From a virus, in IMG/VR virus record IMGVR_UViG_3300020172_001416, positions 34,788 through 98,787 of that record: DNA of 64,000 nt, one strand, 5' to 3'. Below the pieces are notes generated by a model, which was not told the DNA's origin, made no database searches, and worked only from the letters and a program-made list of their open reading frames with translations. The position numbers and the translations under genes were made by a program. This document shows, in pieces, positions 48,276 through 57,103 of the stretch; the stretch's first letter is position 1; each line of letters begins with the position of its first letter.

Positions 48276-49091
48276 ATGGGTATTTTAGAACGAGTATTAG
48301 ACGGGGCGAGTTTTACAAGAAGAACACTTACTATTCCTACGTTTTATGCAGGGATAGTAAGTGGGGCTATGGCACCCCGTCCCGGTGGGGCATTTATTTT
48401 ATTAAATGCAGAATCAAATAAGACCACGCGAATCAGATTATATTCGGACAGTGCTAGTGTCAATATTGATGCTAGTAGAGGGCCTACCGATTTCAATCTC
48501 AACGATTCAGTTGCATTAATCTCCGATATTTCTTTAATACAAGGAACTGGTCTAAGCCTTGATTTAAATCCGCCTATTATCGGAAACACGTTTAGTAATG
48601 GTGATGTATGGTATCATATTAGTAGTTCATTCGGTCCTACAGCGGTGAACTTAACAGTATATGATTTTGGAGTTGTTGGAGATAGTATCACCGACCGCAC
48701 TTCATTAATAATAAGTCGGTCATCTATCCCTACTACGGGGTATGGCGTGTCTGGTAGTATTACCACAAAGAAGAGTTTTATAATATTAAGTGGTAGCGCC
48801 ACAACAGGATCACGGTTAAGACTATATTCAACACGAATTGAAGATGTTCCGTCATCAGAACAAACGCGGTCATTCGATACGGCCTCGGCGGCCGCATCAC
48901 AATTGATTGCAGACGTTATTTTTGATACTGGAAGTTTTGCATACAAGTTTGTTCCTGTGTTGGAAGCCTACACGTGGGAAGCTGGAAACCTTTCTACTGG
49001 AACCGGAACGCTTGGGTATCAATTAGAAAATAGAACGGGTGCTACACAAAATATCACCGCGTCACTCTACATTCTCTCCACAGAAGAATAA
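48276..49091 (+). CDS. Probable virion protein with an internally duplicated domain
   Basis: Two copies of FI(L/I)L...R(I/L)RLYS...R...LI.D; similar to the C-terminal domain of the 1..4545 ORF. Confidence 0.5.
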   Translation: MGILERVLDGASFTRRTLTIPTFYAGIVSGAMAPRPGGAFILLNAESNKTTRIRLYSDSASVNIDASRGPTDFNLNDSVALISDISLIQGTGLSLDLNPPIIGNTFSNGDVWYHISSSFGPTAVNLTVYDFGVVGDSITDRTSLIISRSSIPTTGYGVSGSITTKKSFIILSGSATTGSRLRLYSTRIEDVPSSEQTRSFDTASAAASQLIADVIFDTGSFAYKFVPVLEAYTWEAGNLSTGTGTLGYQLENRTGATQNITASLYILSTEE

Positions 49092-49092
49092 T

Positions 49093-49335
49093 ATGAGATT
49101 TTATCCATTTGGGTCGGGTTCAGCAAATTTACAATCCGTATTAACTGCTTCGTATGCTAGTTATGCAGCAACAGCGAGTGCAGCTATACGAGTTTATACG
49201 GCATCGAAAGCTATTACAGGCGTGGATGGTGTAAATGGTTCTGATGGGATTTGTATATATGTACAAGGACCACAAGGAGCAACCGGTAGTAAAGGACCAA
49301 CGGGAGCACCCGGTGGTATTTCCGACGCTTTCTAG
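49093..49335 (+). CDS. Mini-collagen protein 1
   Basis: Start reassigned to ATG 49093 (MRFYPFG). TASYASYA motif, then short interrupted Gly-X-Y runs. Confidence 0.55.
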   Translation: MRFYPFGSGSANLQSVLTASYASYAATASAAIRVYTASKAITGVDGVNGSDGICIYVQGPQGATGSKGPTGAPGGISDAF

Positions 49336-49343
49336 GATTATTT

Positions 49344-49874
49344 ATGCAATTTTTTCCTCATAATGTACCAATAAGCATTACCAATACCGCGGTAAGTGCA
49401 AGCTTAACACAAACGGCACAGTTTTTATATAATTTAGGTACCATAGCAATTAATACCGCGAGTTTTGCACTTAATATTTCTGGGTCTACTGGTGCTAGTG
49501 GGTCGAACTATACCAAGACGGGTGCAACGGGTCCACAAGGATCGACCGGCCCATCTGGATATCGTGGAAATAGTGTGTATCTGTTATCTATAGCCAGAAG
49601 TACGGGGTCTAATACTGTGTGCTACACCACAGACGCTCTTGGTACCGCTACATTTAATGGGGTAAATTATACTTGTAATTACGGATTTGCACAAACCTAT
49701 TACGCCAATGCGAGTTCATTAACGAACGGAGTAGTATTATATTATGATTCATCATGTTCATCACTCGCAGTTAACCTATCAAGTTTATCAGACCCAACAA
49801 GTAACGCGATATTCAATACCGATGGCGCTGGAACTATCACTCTCACCGGCAACACTTGCGCGAGCAGCATCTAA
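49344..49874 (+). CDS. Mini-collagen protein 2 with a Cys-containing C-terminal domain
   Basis: MQFFPH start; TASFA; [27 protein letters not shown]; four Cys residues. Confidence 0.55.
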   Translation: MQFFPHNVPISITNTAVSASLTQTAQFLYNLGTIAINTASFALNISGSTGASGSNYTKTGATGPQGSTGPSGYRGNSVYLLSIARSTGSNTVCYTTDALGTATFNGVNYTCNYGFAQTYYANASSLTNGVVLYYDSSCSSLAVNLSSLSDPTSNAIFNTDGAGTITLTGNTCASSI

Positions 49875-50326
49875 TGTCATATTATTTTCCATTTGGTAAT
49901 TCAAGTTTAGTGGTAAACACAAACGTTAGTTATTCGATATCTGCGGCTACGGCAAGTAGACCACAATTTGCATCGATTGTTGTTCCAACAGCGTCTTTCG
50001 TAACATCAGTCATTAATGCACCAGCAAGTGGTACGATCGGTGTTCACAAATCTGCGTCAGACTGTACAAGTACTTCGCCTGTCGGCGCCCAAGGGGTAAC
50101 CGGTCAACAAGGTGATATGGGTAGTAGTTATACCGTGTGTCCTCCCGGAACAAAAGAATGTCCTGGATTATTTACTTCATTATCTTTGTTTGTTAACCCA
50201 AACAGAGCGTCTGGTTCTCAATTCAGTATCGTATGTATTGAAACTGCTGGGTATGTATACTCAAGCGTAGGATGTCCAGGTTATTTACCAACATCATCAA
50301 ATCCAAACATCCCTGCTATTCCATAA
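49874..50326 (+). CDS. Mini-collagen protein 3 with a Cys-rich C-terminus
   Basis: Start overlaps the upstream stop (TAATG). MSYYFPFG; TASFV; GAQGVTGQQGDMGSS; CPPGTKECPG. Confidence 0.55.
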   Translation: MSYYFPFGNSSLVVNTNVSYSISAATASRPQFASIVVPTASFVTSVINAPASGTIGVHKSASDCTSTSPVGAQGVTGQQGDMGSSYTVCPPGTKECPGLFTSLSLFVNPNRASGSQFSIVCIETAGYVYSSVGCPGYLPTSSNPNIPAIP

Positions 50327-50328
50327 CC

Positions 50329-50357
50329 TTGACAAATATTAAACGGCATTTTAAATT
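50329..50357 (+). promoter_or_regulatory. Sigma70-type promoter for the helicase operon
   Basis: TTGACA (50329-50334), N17, TAAATT (50352-50357). Confidence 0.65.
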
Positions 50358-50382
50358 TTATTAAACACCATAGGTAGATATT

Positions 50383-50598
50383 ATGACAGCAACGGTTCCA
50401 GTTCCATTGGCATTACGCCATTTAATTGAAAGTAACAACCAATTATTGAAAACGTATCAACAAGAGTTGACCACCAAAGTAGTGGTCGCTAACGAAGAAA
50501 TGATGCGGCTATTAGGATTAGACCCCAACGATGGGTGGAGATTAGACGTAGATACATTCACATACGTCAAGGTCGAAGATGGTACATCCGTCAGCTGA
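50383..50598 (+). CDS. Hypothetical protein
   Basis: 71-aa ORF after the promoter, SD TAGGT. Confidence 0.55.
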   Translation: MTATVPVPLALRHLIESNNQLLKTYQQELTTKVVVANEEMMRLLGLDPNDGWRLDVDTFTYVKVEDGTSVS

Positions 50599-52468
50599 TA
50601 CCGCAATACTTACGTGGGGAAAATTCAAGGGATATTCGCTTTCGACTGTTTATTATCGAAATCAATCATATCTCCAATGGATGACCACCACGATTGGGAT
50701 TCCCGAAGTCTGGAAAGAAGCAGCCAAACTGGTATTGGCTGGTGAAGACATTTCCCATTTAAAGATTGCCCGTACCACGCAAACTCCCGCGGTAGAAAAG
50801 CCCCAAACATCAACATCAGTTCAAGTCACCGTTACGTTAGTTGATAGTAAAACGGGGGCTGTCGCTATGCCATATAATCCACCCTTGATGGAACGTTTCA
50901 AGTACGAAGTAGACGGTCGTAAGTGGAATGGGGAAAATAAAACGTGGGAGTTTCCAGCAGTTCATCTTCCGAAAGTGTTTAAGGTCTTTGGCGAAGAAAA
51001 TATCCAATGTGATGAGAAAGTCTTGAAGTTACTGGAAAAGCTCAAAGACCGTCGAGAAGATTTAGACGAGATTCGAGTCAAAGATGATATTGATTTTGAC
51101 ATCAATGGCATGCAACTTCAGCTTTACGCATACCAGAAAGTTGGCGTCAAGTTCGTCGAACGAGCCGACGGCCGATGTCTGATTGCCGATGCACCTGGGT
51201 TGGGTAAGACTGCACAAGCAATTGGATTTGCCCAACACAAGAACCTTAAGACGGTCATCGTTTGCCCACTCTCCGTCGTGGTTAACTGGAAGCGTGAAAT
51301 CAAGAAGTTTACTGGAAAGGATGCAACCATCTGGGACAGTAAGAGTTACGATGGAAAACTCTCCAATCAGTTCCATATCGTCCACTATGACGCCGTGGGT
51401 AAGGTTGTTGGTGACTTACGAAAGCAAGAATTTGAACTACTGGTCTGTGACGAAGCAACCTATCTCAAGAACCGACAAACCATCCGAGCAAAGAGTATTC
51501 TGGGTTCGTATAAAGAACGACGTAAATATCCAGGCATCAAAACGAAGTACTGCCTATTCCTTACTGGTACTCCTGTGATGTCTCGTCCAATCGAAGCGTT
51601 CGCTTTGTTGAACTTCCTTGACAAAGAACGTTTCAATAATTTCTTCCATTTTACCCAGCGGTACGGGGGATGGAAGGGAGAAGCACCCCGCAATCTCCAA
51701 GACCTCCACGACCGCACGAAAGATTTGGTTATTCGTCGCAAGAAGGAACAGATTCTTACTGAACTTCCAGCAAAACAACGAAATGACCTATACGTTGAGT
51801 TGACAAAGGACGAACAGAAACAATATAAGGAATTACTACGAGAAGTCTTTGGTCGGTGGAAGGTAGAGAAACCTACCATCGGTCACATGCCGAAACTTCA
51901 AAACTTCTTGATTGAAAAGAAGATTCCACGGTTAGTAGAAATGGTGGATGAATTCTTGGATAACGATAAACCGATACTTATTTTCAGTAATTATATTGCT
52001 CCGCTTAAGTTCTTGGCTGAGCAGTATGGGGACAAGGCAGCACTTTTAACGGGTGAGATGAACAGTAAGGAACGTCAAGTCACAATTGACCGATTGACCA
52101 AGGGTGAAGCAAAAGTAGGGTTGTTTAGCCTTATGGCGGCAGGTATGGGTATTGACGGACTCCAACATCAGATAGATACCGTGGTATTTTTGAACTGTGA
52201 TTGGGTTCCAGCAAACCACGAACAAGCTGAGGACAGAACCCACCGTATCGGTCAAAAAGGACAAGTTCAAGTTTATTATATGTTATGTGCCGATACCATC
52301 GATGAATATATGCGTGATATCCTCAAAGAGAAACAGCAGGTGGCAGACTTAGTGGTGGATGGGGCGTTAGTCACTCCTGAACGTTCTAAGTCCTATTTTA
52401 AGGAATTTGTGAAGAAAATTAATAGTGTTTATAAGCAAGATATTTCCACTCAAAATATAGAAGATTAA
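50579..52468 (+). CDS. SNF2-family helicase/translocase (HARP/SMARCAL1-like)
   Basis: LYAYQ, ADAPGLGKT, VCP.SV..NW, CDEA, LTGTP, GMGIDG and QAEDRTHRIGQ motifs; small N-terminal WGKFKG..YLQW domain and a HARP-like RKWN...WEF segment. Confidence 0.9.
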   Translation: MVHPSADTAILTWGKFKGYSLSTVYYRNQSYLQWMTTTIGIPEVWKEAAKLVLAGEDISHLKIARTTQTPAVEKPQTSTSVQVTVTLVDSKTGAVAMPYNPPLMERFKYEVDGRKWNGENKTWEFPAVHLPKVFKVFGEENIQCDEKVLKLLEKLKDRREDLDEIRVKDDIDFDINGMQLQLYAYQKVGVKFVERADGRCLIADAPGLGKTAQAIGFAQHKNLKTVIVCPLSVVVNWKREIKKFTGKDATIWDSKSYDGKLSNQFHIVHYDAVGKVVGDLRKQEFELLVCDEATYLKNRQTIRAKSILGSYKERRKYPGIKTKYCLFLTGTPVMSRPIEAFALLNFLDKERFNNFFHFTQRYGGWKGEAPRNLQDLHDRTKDLVIRRKKEQILTELPAKQRNDLYVELTKDEQKQYKELLREVFGRWKVEKPTIGHMPKLQNFLIEKKIPRLVEMVDEFLDNDKPILIFSNYIAPLKFLAEQYGDKAALLTGEMNSKERQVTIDRLTKGEAKVGLFSLMAAGMGIDGLQHQIDTVVFLNCDWVPANHEQAEDRTHRIGQKGQVQVYYMLCADTIDEYMRDILKEKQQVADLVVDGALVTPERSKSYFKEFVKKINSVYKQDISTQNIED

Positions 52469-52476
52469 TATTTATA
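52468..52476 (+). promoter_or_regulatory. Putative late promoter motif ATATTTATA
   Basis: Recurring motif heading the tail assembly operon. Confidence 0.55.
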
Positions 52477-52511
52477 TAGGTGGTAAAACCAAATAGTTTA
52501 AGGAGTTATTT

Positions 52512-53258
52512 ATGGCAGAATATAGTTTCCCGACAGAAACGATAGACCTCCCAAGTGGTGGAAAACTCTATCCAGAGGGAAGCCCGTTACGGAGTGGGAC
52601 CATTGATATCAAGTATATGACCGCTAAGGAAGAAGATATCTTGACTTCAACCAATCTCATTCAGAAAGGCGTGGTAATTGATAAGTTGATGGAAAGTTTG
52701 ATTGTTACCAAGGGTGTAAAACCCGATGATTTATTGGTCGGGGATTTAAACGCAGTAATGGTTGCGGCTCGTATCCTTGGGTATGGAAAAGACTATCCAA
52801 TTCAACTATTATGTTCATCTTGTGGTAAGAAGGTTGACCACGTGGTAGACCTTTCAAAATTAGATATGGTTACTCCAGAAAGTGACTCGGCAAACGGCGA
52901 ACATACGTTTGTATTACCCACTGGAATTAGTATTACCTTTAAGTTATTGACCCGCGGCGATGAAAAAAATATTCAAGCTGAGGTAGAATCCTTAAAGAAA
53001 ATTAATGGGGCTATTGAAGGTGACACATCGACCCGATTAAAGTACATTATTACCTCAGTCAATGGTAATCGGGACAAGAAAAGTATCAGAGAGTTTGCAG
53101 ATGCAATGATTCTCCGTGATATTCGGGCACTTCGTGAACAAATGAAAAAGGTTTCGCCTGATGTAGATTTTAATTTAAATATTACGTGTTCTCAATGTGA
53201 CACTACTACCGCAGCGAGGATGCCCATTGGGGCAACCTTTTTTTGGCCTGACTTCTGA
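52512..53258 (+). CDS. Baseplate hub/tail assembly chaperone (gp26-like)
   Basis: IDLPSGG, MTAKEEDIL, ARILGYG and two CxxC motifs; lies upstream of the tape measure gene. Confidence 0.75.
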   Translation: MAEYSFPTETIDLPSGGKLYPEGSPLRSGTIDIKYMTAKEEDILTSTNLIQKGVVIDKLMESLIVTKGVKPDDLLVGDLNAVMVAARILGYGKDYPIQLLCSSCGKKVDHVVDLSKLDMVTPESDSANGEHTFVLPTGISITFKLLTRGDEKNIQAEVESLKKINGAIEGDTSTRLKYIITSVNGNRDKKSIREFADAMILRDIRALREQMKKVSPDVDFNLNITCSQCDTTTAARMPIGATFFWPDF

Positions 53259-53448
53259 GAACAAGGTTCAAATACATAAAATGTTGTTTACATTAGCATA
53301 TTATAGTAATGGTGCGTTTAACTTTGAACAAGTCTATAATATGCCGGTTTACTTACGAAACTTCTATATGAAGCAACTAGAAGAAACAAAAGAAAAAGAA
53401 GCAGATTTGGTCAAGTCAAACCAACGTAGTAAACCTTCCAAGAGATAA
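53239..53448 (+). CDS. Tail assembly chaperone second segment (gp51-like), probably reached by frameshifting
   Basis: The +1 frame reads FFGLTSENK...VYNMPVYLRNFY from the T7 run. The only ATG near its start (53281) lacks an SD. Confidence 0.5.
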   Translation, partial: FFGLTSENKVQIHKMLFTLAYYSNGAFNFEQVYNMPVYLRNFYMKQLEETKEKEADLVKSNQRSKPSKR

Positions 53449-53451
53449 TCT

Positions 53452-54897
53452 ATGGCAACCCCAACCCAAGAAGATTTTTCATCATTAAGCAGTGCGATAG
53501 CCTCATTAACAGAAGCACTTGGTAAAGGCCAAGAGAATACTGCTGCGGGTACTAAAGAGTTTAAGAAAAATTTGATTGGACTGGGTACTGAACTATTAAA
53601 GGTAGCCGATGCTGGAAGAAAATTCGGTCAAACCATCGGAGTGTCCGCTACTTCAGGAATAGAATTAGAACTTAAGAATCGTGCACAGGCCGTTCGACAA
53701 ATTATTAGTTTAGAAGCAAATCGCGCAGCGTCACTCAGTCAAATTCAAGCAGTTGAAAAATCTCTAGCAGACACCTTCATTGGTGTACGCGACGGATTTA
53801 AATTCAGTGCACAAGGTGCAGCACAACTTGCAAGTAATTTAAAAGGTGGATTCGGGTCAGAATTTGAATTAACTGGTGAATCGCTAAGAGCATTGACTGT
53901 TATCGGGGCAACCACCACAGAACAATTTACTGCGTTTCGTCAAGCGACCGGTCGAGCAAGTTTGTCGTCTAATCAACTTGCTACTATTGTTAATAAAAAT
54001 TCCTTATCATTTTTATTATATGGAAATAGATTTGCCAAGGCAGCAGCAGATGCAGAAAAGATTGGAATCAGTTTGGCATCTATTCAATCAGCTCAAGCGG
54101 GATTGGTTACCAATTTAGAAGGAACGATTGATACCGTAGCCCAATTAAATCAATTGGGTGGGCAAATTGATTTTGGCACCTTAACTCGAATTGCAGAACA
54201 AGAAGGACCAGATGCGTTACTAGCTTACCTTAGAGCAACAGTTCCATCAGAATTTTTTAAGAGCACCAGCTTCCGTGCTTTGTTTGAACAGTTAGGAGTA
54301 TCGTCTGAACAATTACTCCGAGCTGGTCAAGTACGTACTACTGCTGATAATTTAGACTCACAGCTAAGCCAACTAGGAACTAACGCTACGGCGACTTCCA
54401 AAGCACTAGCGGCGTTGTCTTCCGCAGCTAATGCGGTTAATTCAAGTTTTGGTGGTTTAGCAAAGCAAATAGTGGCTTCTGCGGCAGGTACTGCCATTGG
54501 TGGTGGAGCATTAAAAGGTTTAGGAAAGGCATTAGGTGGTACGGTTGCTGCGTTTGCCGCACCGGAAATTGCAGCAGTCGCAGCCACCGCAGCGGTAGGG
54601 TACGGTCTATACAGTCTATTCAAGGGAGATGATGTAATCTCTGGGTACGGTGAACGTACCTTGGTAACTCCAACCGGCGCGGTAGCATTGAACAATAATG
54701 ATACGGTATTGGCAGGAACTCGCTTGATGTCCCAAGGAGCACTGCAACCGGGTGACACCTCAGAGTTGAATAGAAAAGTTGACACATTAATCGCTACATT
54801 ACAAAACGCAAATACTACGATTAATATTGACGGTACAATGAGAACGGTTCCTCGTATGAGTTTGGTTGGTGTGTACTCACGTAATGAGAGAGCATAA
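53452..54897 (+). CDS. Tape measure-like protein
   Basis: 481 aa, Ala/Gly/Leu-rich helical protein with a hydrophobic stretch; lies between the chaperone and baseplate genes. Confidence 0.6.
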   Translation: MATPTQEDFSSLSSAIASLTEALGKGQENTAAGTKEFKKNLIGLGTELLKVADAGRKFGQTIGVSATSGIELELKNRAQAVRQIISLEANRAASLSQIQAVEKSLADTFIGVRDGFKFSAQGAAQLASNLKGGFGSEFELTGESLRALTVIGATTTEQFTAFRQATGRASLSSNQLATIVNKNSLSFLLYGNRFAKAAADAEKIGISLASIQSAQAGLVTNLEGTIDTVAQLNQLGGQIDFGTLTRIAEQEGPDALLAYLRATVPSEFFKSTSFRALFEQLGVSSEQLLRAGQVRTTADNLDSQLSQLGTNATATSKALAALSSAANAVNSSFGGLAKQIVASAAGTAIGGGALKGLGKALGGTVAAFAAPEIAAVAATAAVGYGLYSLFKGDDVISGYGERTLVTPTGAVALNNNDTVLAGTRLMSQGALQPGDTSELNRKVDTLIATLQNANTTINIDGTMRTVPRMSLVGVYSRNERA

Positions 54898-54899
54898 TT

Positions 54900-56843
54900 A
54901 TGGCATTTACGACATTAGCTGATCGGTTTGCCCAATCGTCGCAAGAAATATACGGGAAGTTCGCTACTCGGCAAACTCCTGATGGGCAACCGTACATCAG
55001 TATTCTTCCAGATACCGCTGATTCTCGTAGTAGAATTAAAAGCGATAGCCAATCTGTTCCTGTGGTGTCTACTCAACGTGATGTTACAAGAGTTAGTAGA
55101 TTTTTAAAATCGTCCGATGGACTTCTTTTTATTGCTAAACAAACGTTGTTGCAAACTGGTAATACGTTCGTCAATACGAAACTATTCAATCCTGCCTCGG
55201 TACTATTAAATACTGTTCCGTTCGTGCACGCTCGTCGTCATATTGTAACGTCCGCAATAGTACCAAATCCATCAGGACTACTTCAAAATAGTACTGTGTC
55301 GGACACCGCGGGTCGTATTAAAATTATTACCACAGGCGGTCCAACATTACCTTCACTTTCTCTACGGTCATTTGTATCTACACAATTAAAGAAAGCAGCA
55401 AATACGATTATCCCATTTCCACAAAATTATTTGACATCTAGACCAGAATATAGAACATTTGGTTATACTGGAGGTACTTTAACACCTAAATCATCCGGTC
55501 CAGTTATCGTGGACCCCCAACCATTAAGTTCACGTGGATTGCCAAGATTATCTACCACGGCTACGGTTAAAAGTATTGTACAAAAGAAAGTAACTACTAC
55601 GCTTACGGGGTTAGCAACCAGTGTAATACGTAAATTGGGCGGTCGTATACAAGTTCCGGCGGCATTGAAGGAACCAGAAAAGATTCCAGATTTTGTTAGA
55701 GCAGCGGAACAGTTTAGAGACAATCAACTAAAAAGAACTAAAGATAGATTTAATAGTAAGTTCTTTGCCGAAAAGCAATTTTATCAACAAAACATAGCTA
55801 CCTCGGTGGTAGAAACCAGTGGTATAAATCCTGTAATTAATGGAAGTGCTGGCTCAGTCCTTGACCCATTGAATATTGGATTGGATGGTTCTGCTGATGC
55901 GGGGACGGAACAAGGAAAAACTGATAGAATAGGGTACGGTGGTATAAACACCAAGCACGAAGGTAAAGGCGTTGACATTATAAGATTCGTATTCACAGAC
56001 AGTAACGATAATAATGTACAGTTCAGAGCATTTATTTCTCAATTAAAAGAATCAACAAAGACTGAATTCAATGAACAACGATACGTTGGTCGTACTGAAC
56101 GATTTGTAACGTATGGAGGTGCAAAGCGGTCAGTAAGTATGAATTTTAATATCGCTGCGTTCTCACAAAAAGAATTAATTAATGCATGGACAAAGGTAAA
56201 CTTTCTTACGGGATTGGCGTTCCCAGCAGATGTATCCGAAAGTGGATTTATGGTTCCTCCATTATTTAAGATTACCGTGGGTGGTATTTATGATAATCAA
56301 CCGTGTTACATCGAAACACTAGATTTTGATTTTATAGATGAAAATATTACATTTGATGTTGATAGAGAAGTATCACAAACTATTAACGTAACTATGACAA
56401 TATCGCTACTCGAAAAACGTAGTAAGTTCTATAATAGTCCATTCTACAAGATTACAGAAGATTTACCAGCATATTATTCAGCAAGACTAGCATCAACTGT
56501 GCCGATTAGATCTAATAATGTAGTTGATGCCGCGGTAAAGGAAGCCGCACGTAGAGGAGTTACAAGAGTAGAATTATCACTCCGAGACAGAGTTCGATTT
56601 GCGACCTCAGCTGTTGTAAGCGGGAACCTCCGTGCACCAGAAAGTGTTCTCCGTATACCGGCTCCTCGACAAATTCCGTTACCTAATAACACTGAAGTGC
56701 AGAAGATAAAGTCTGCACTCAGACAATATGAGAGAACCGAAGCAGATGCTAATTTTGTGCGTATTGCGGCAGCTGCATTTTGTCAAGACGCTGGGGAAGA
56801 TAAAGACGCATGTATAAACAATTATTTGTCTGGAGGAAACTAA
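54900..56843 (+). CDS. Baseplate/tail tube initiator-like protein
   Basis: QFRAFI, YVGRTE.F.TYGGAKRSVS.NF and PPLFKITVG tube-fold-like motifs; synteny. Confidence 0.55.
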   Translation: MAFTTLADRFAQSSQEIYGKFATRQTPDGQPYISILPDTADSRSRIKSDSQSVPVVSTQRDVTRVSRFLKSSDGLLFIAKQTLLQTGNTFVNTKLFNPASVLLNTVPFVHARRHIVTSAIVPNPSGLLQNSTVSDTAGRIKIITTGGPTLPSLSLRSFVSTQLKKAANTIIPFPQNYLTSRPEYRTFGYTGGTLTPKSSGPVIVDPQPLSSRGLPRLSTTATVKSIVQKKVTTTLTGLATSVIRKLGGRIQVPAALKEPEKIPDFVRAAEQFRDNQLKRTKDRFNSKFFAEKQFYQQNIATSVVETSGINPVINGSAGSVLDPLNIGLDGSADAGTEQGKTDRIGYGGINTKHEGKGVDIIRFVFTDSNDNNVQFRAFISQLKESTKTEFNEQRYVGRTERFVTYGGAKRSVSMNFNIAAFSQKELINAWTKVNFLTGLAFPADVSESGFMVPPLFKITVGGIYDNQPCYIETLDFDFIDENITFDVDREVSQTINVTMTISLLEKRSKFYNSPFYKITEDLPAYYSARLASTVPIRSNNVVDAAVKEAARRGVTRVELSLRDRVRFATSAVVSGNLRAPESVLRIPAPRQIPLPNNTEVQKIKSALRQYERTEADANFVRIAAAAFCQDAGEDKDACINNYLSGGN

Positions 56844-56844
56844 A

Positions 56845-57102
56845 ATGGATAGATACGTTAAACCGCTATCGGTTGACTCCTCAAAGAAAATTCCGTATTA
56901 TACCACGGAATTGACCAAAGCTATTCCTTTAGAAGATATTCCATTTTATTATATCGTCCAAGAAGGTGATAGACTTGATAGTATCTCTAATAGATTTTAC
57001 AAAACACCTGATAACTGGTGGGTCATCGCTAAAGCAAATTTGTTAGTAAATGGAAGCTTAGCGGTACAGCCAGGAACTAGTTTATTTATTCCAAATATTT
57101 AA
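56845..57102 (+). CDS. LysM-domain baseplate protein (gp53/tail X-like)
   Basis: YIVQEGDRLDSISNRFY...WWVIAKAN...PGTSLFIP. Confidence 0.8.
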   Translation: MDRYVKPLSVDSSKKIPYYTTELTKAIPLEDIPFYYIVQEGDRLDSISNRFYKTPDNWWVIAKANLLVNGSLAVQPGTSLFIPNI

Positions 57103-57103
57103 T

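Noticed and set aside
53197-53238. ORF-track start at 53197 for the gp51-like gene
   Set aside because: It is a non-ATG start deep inside the upstream gene and yields an implausible N-terminus; a frameshift at the T-run or the ATG at 53281 is more credible.
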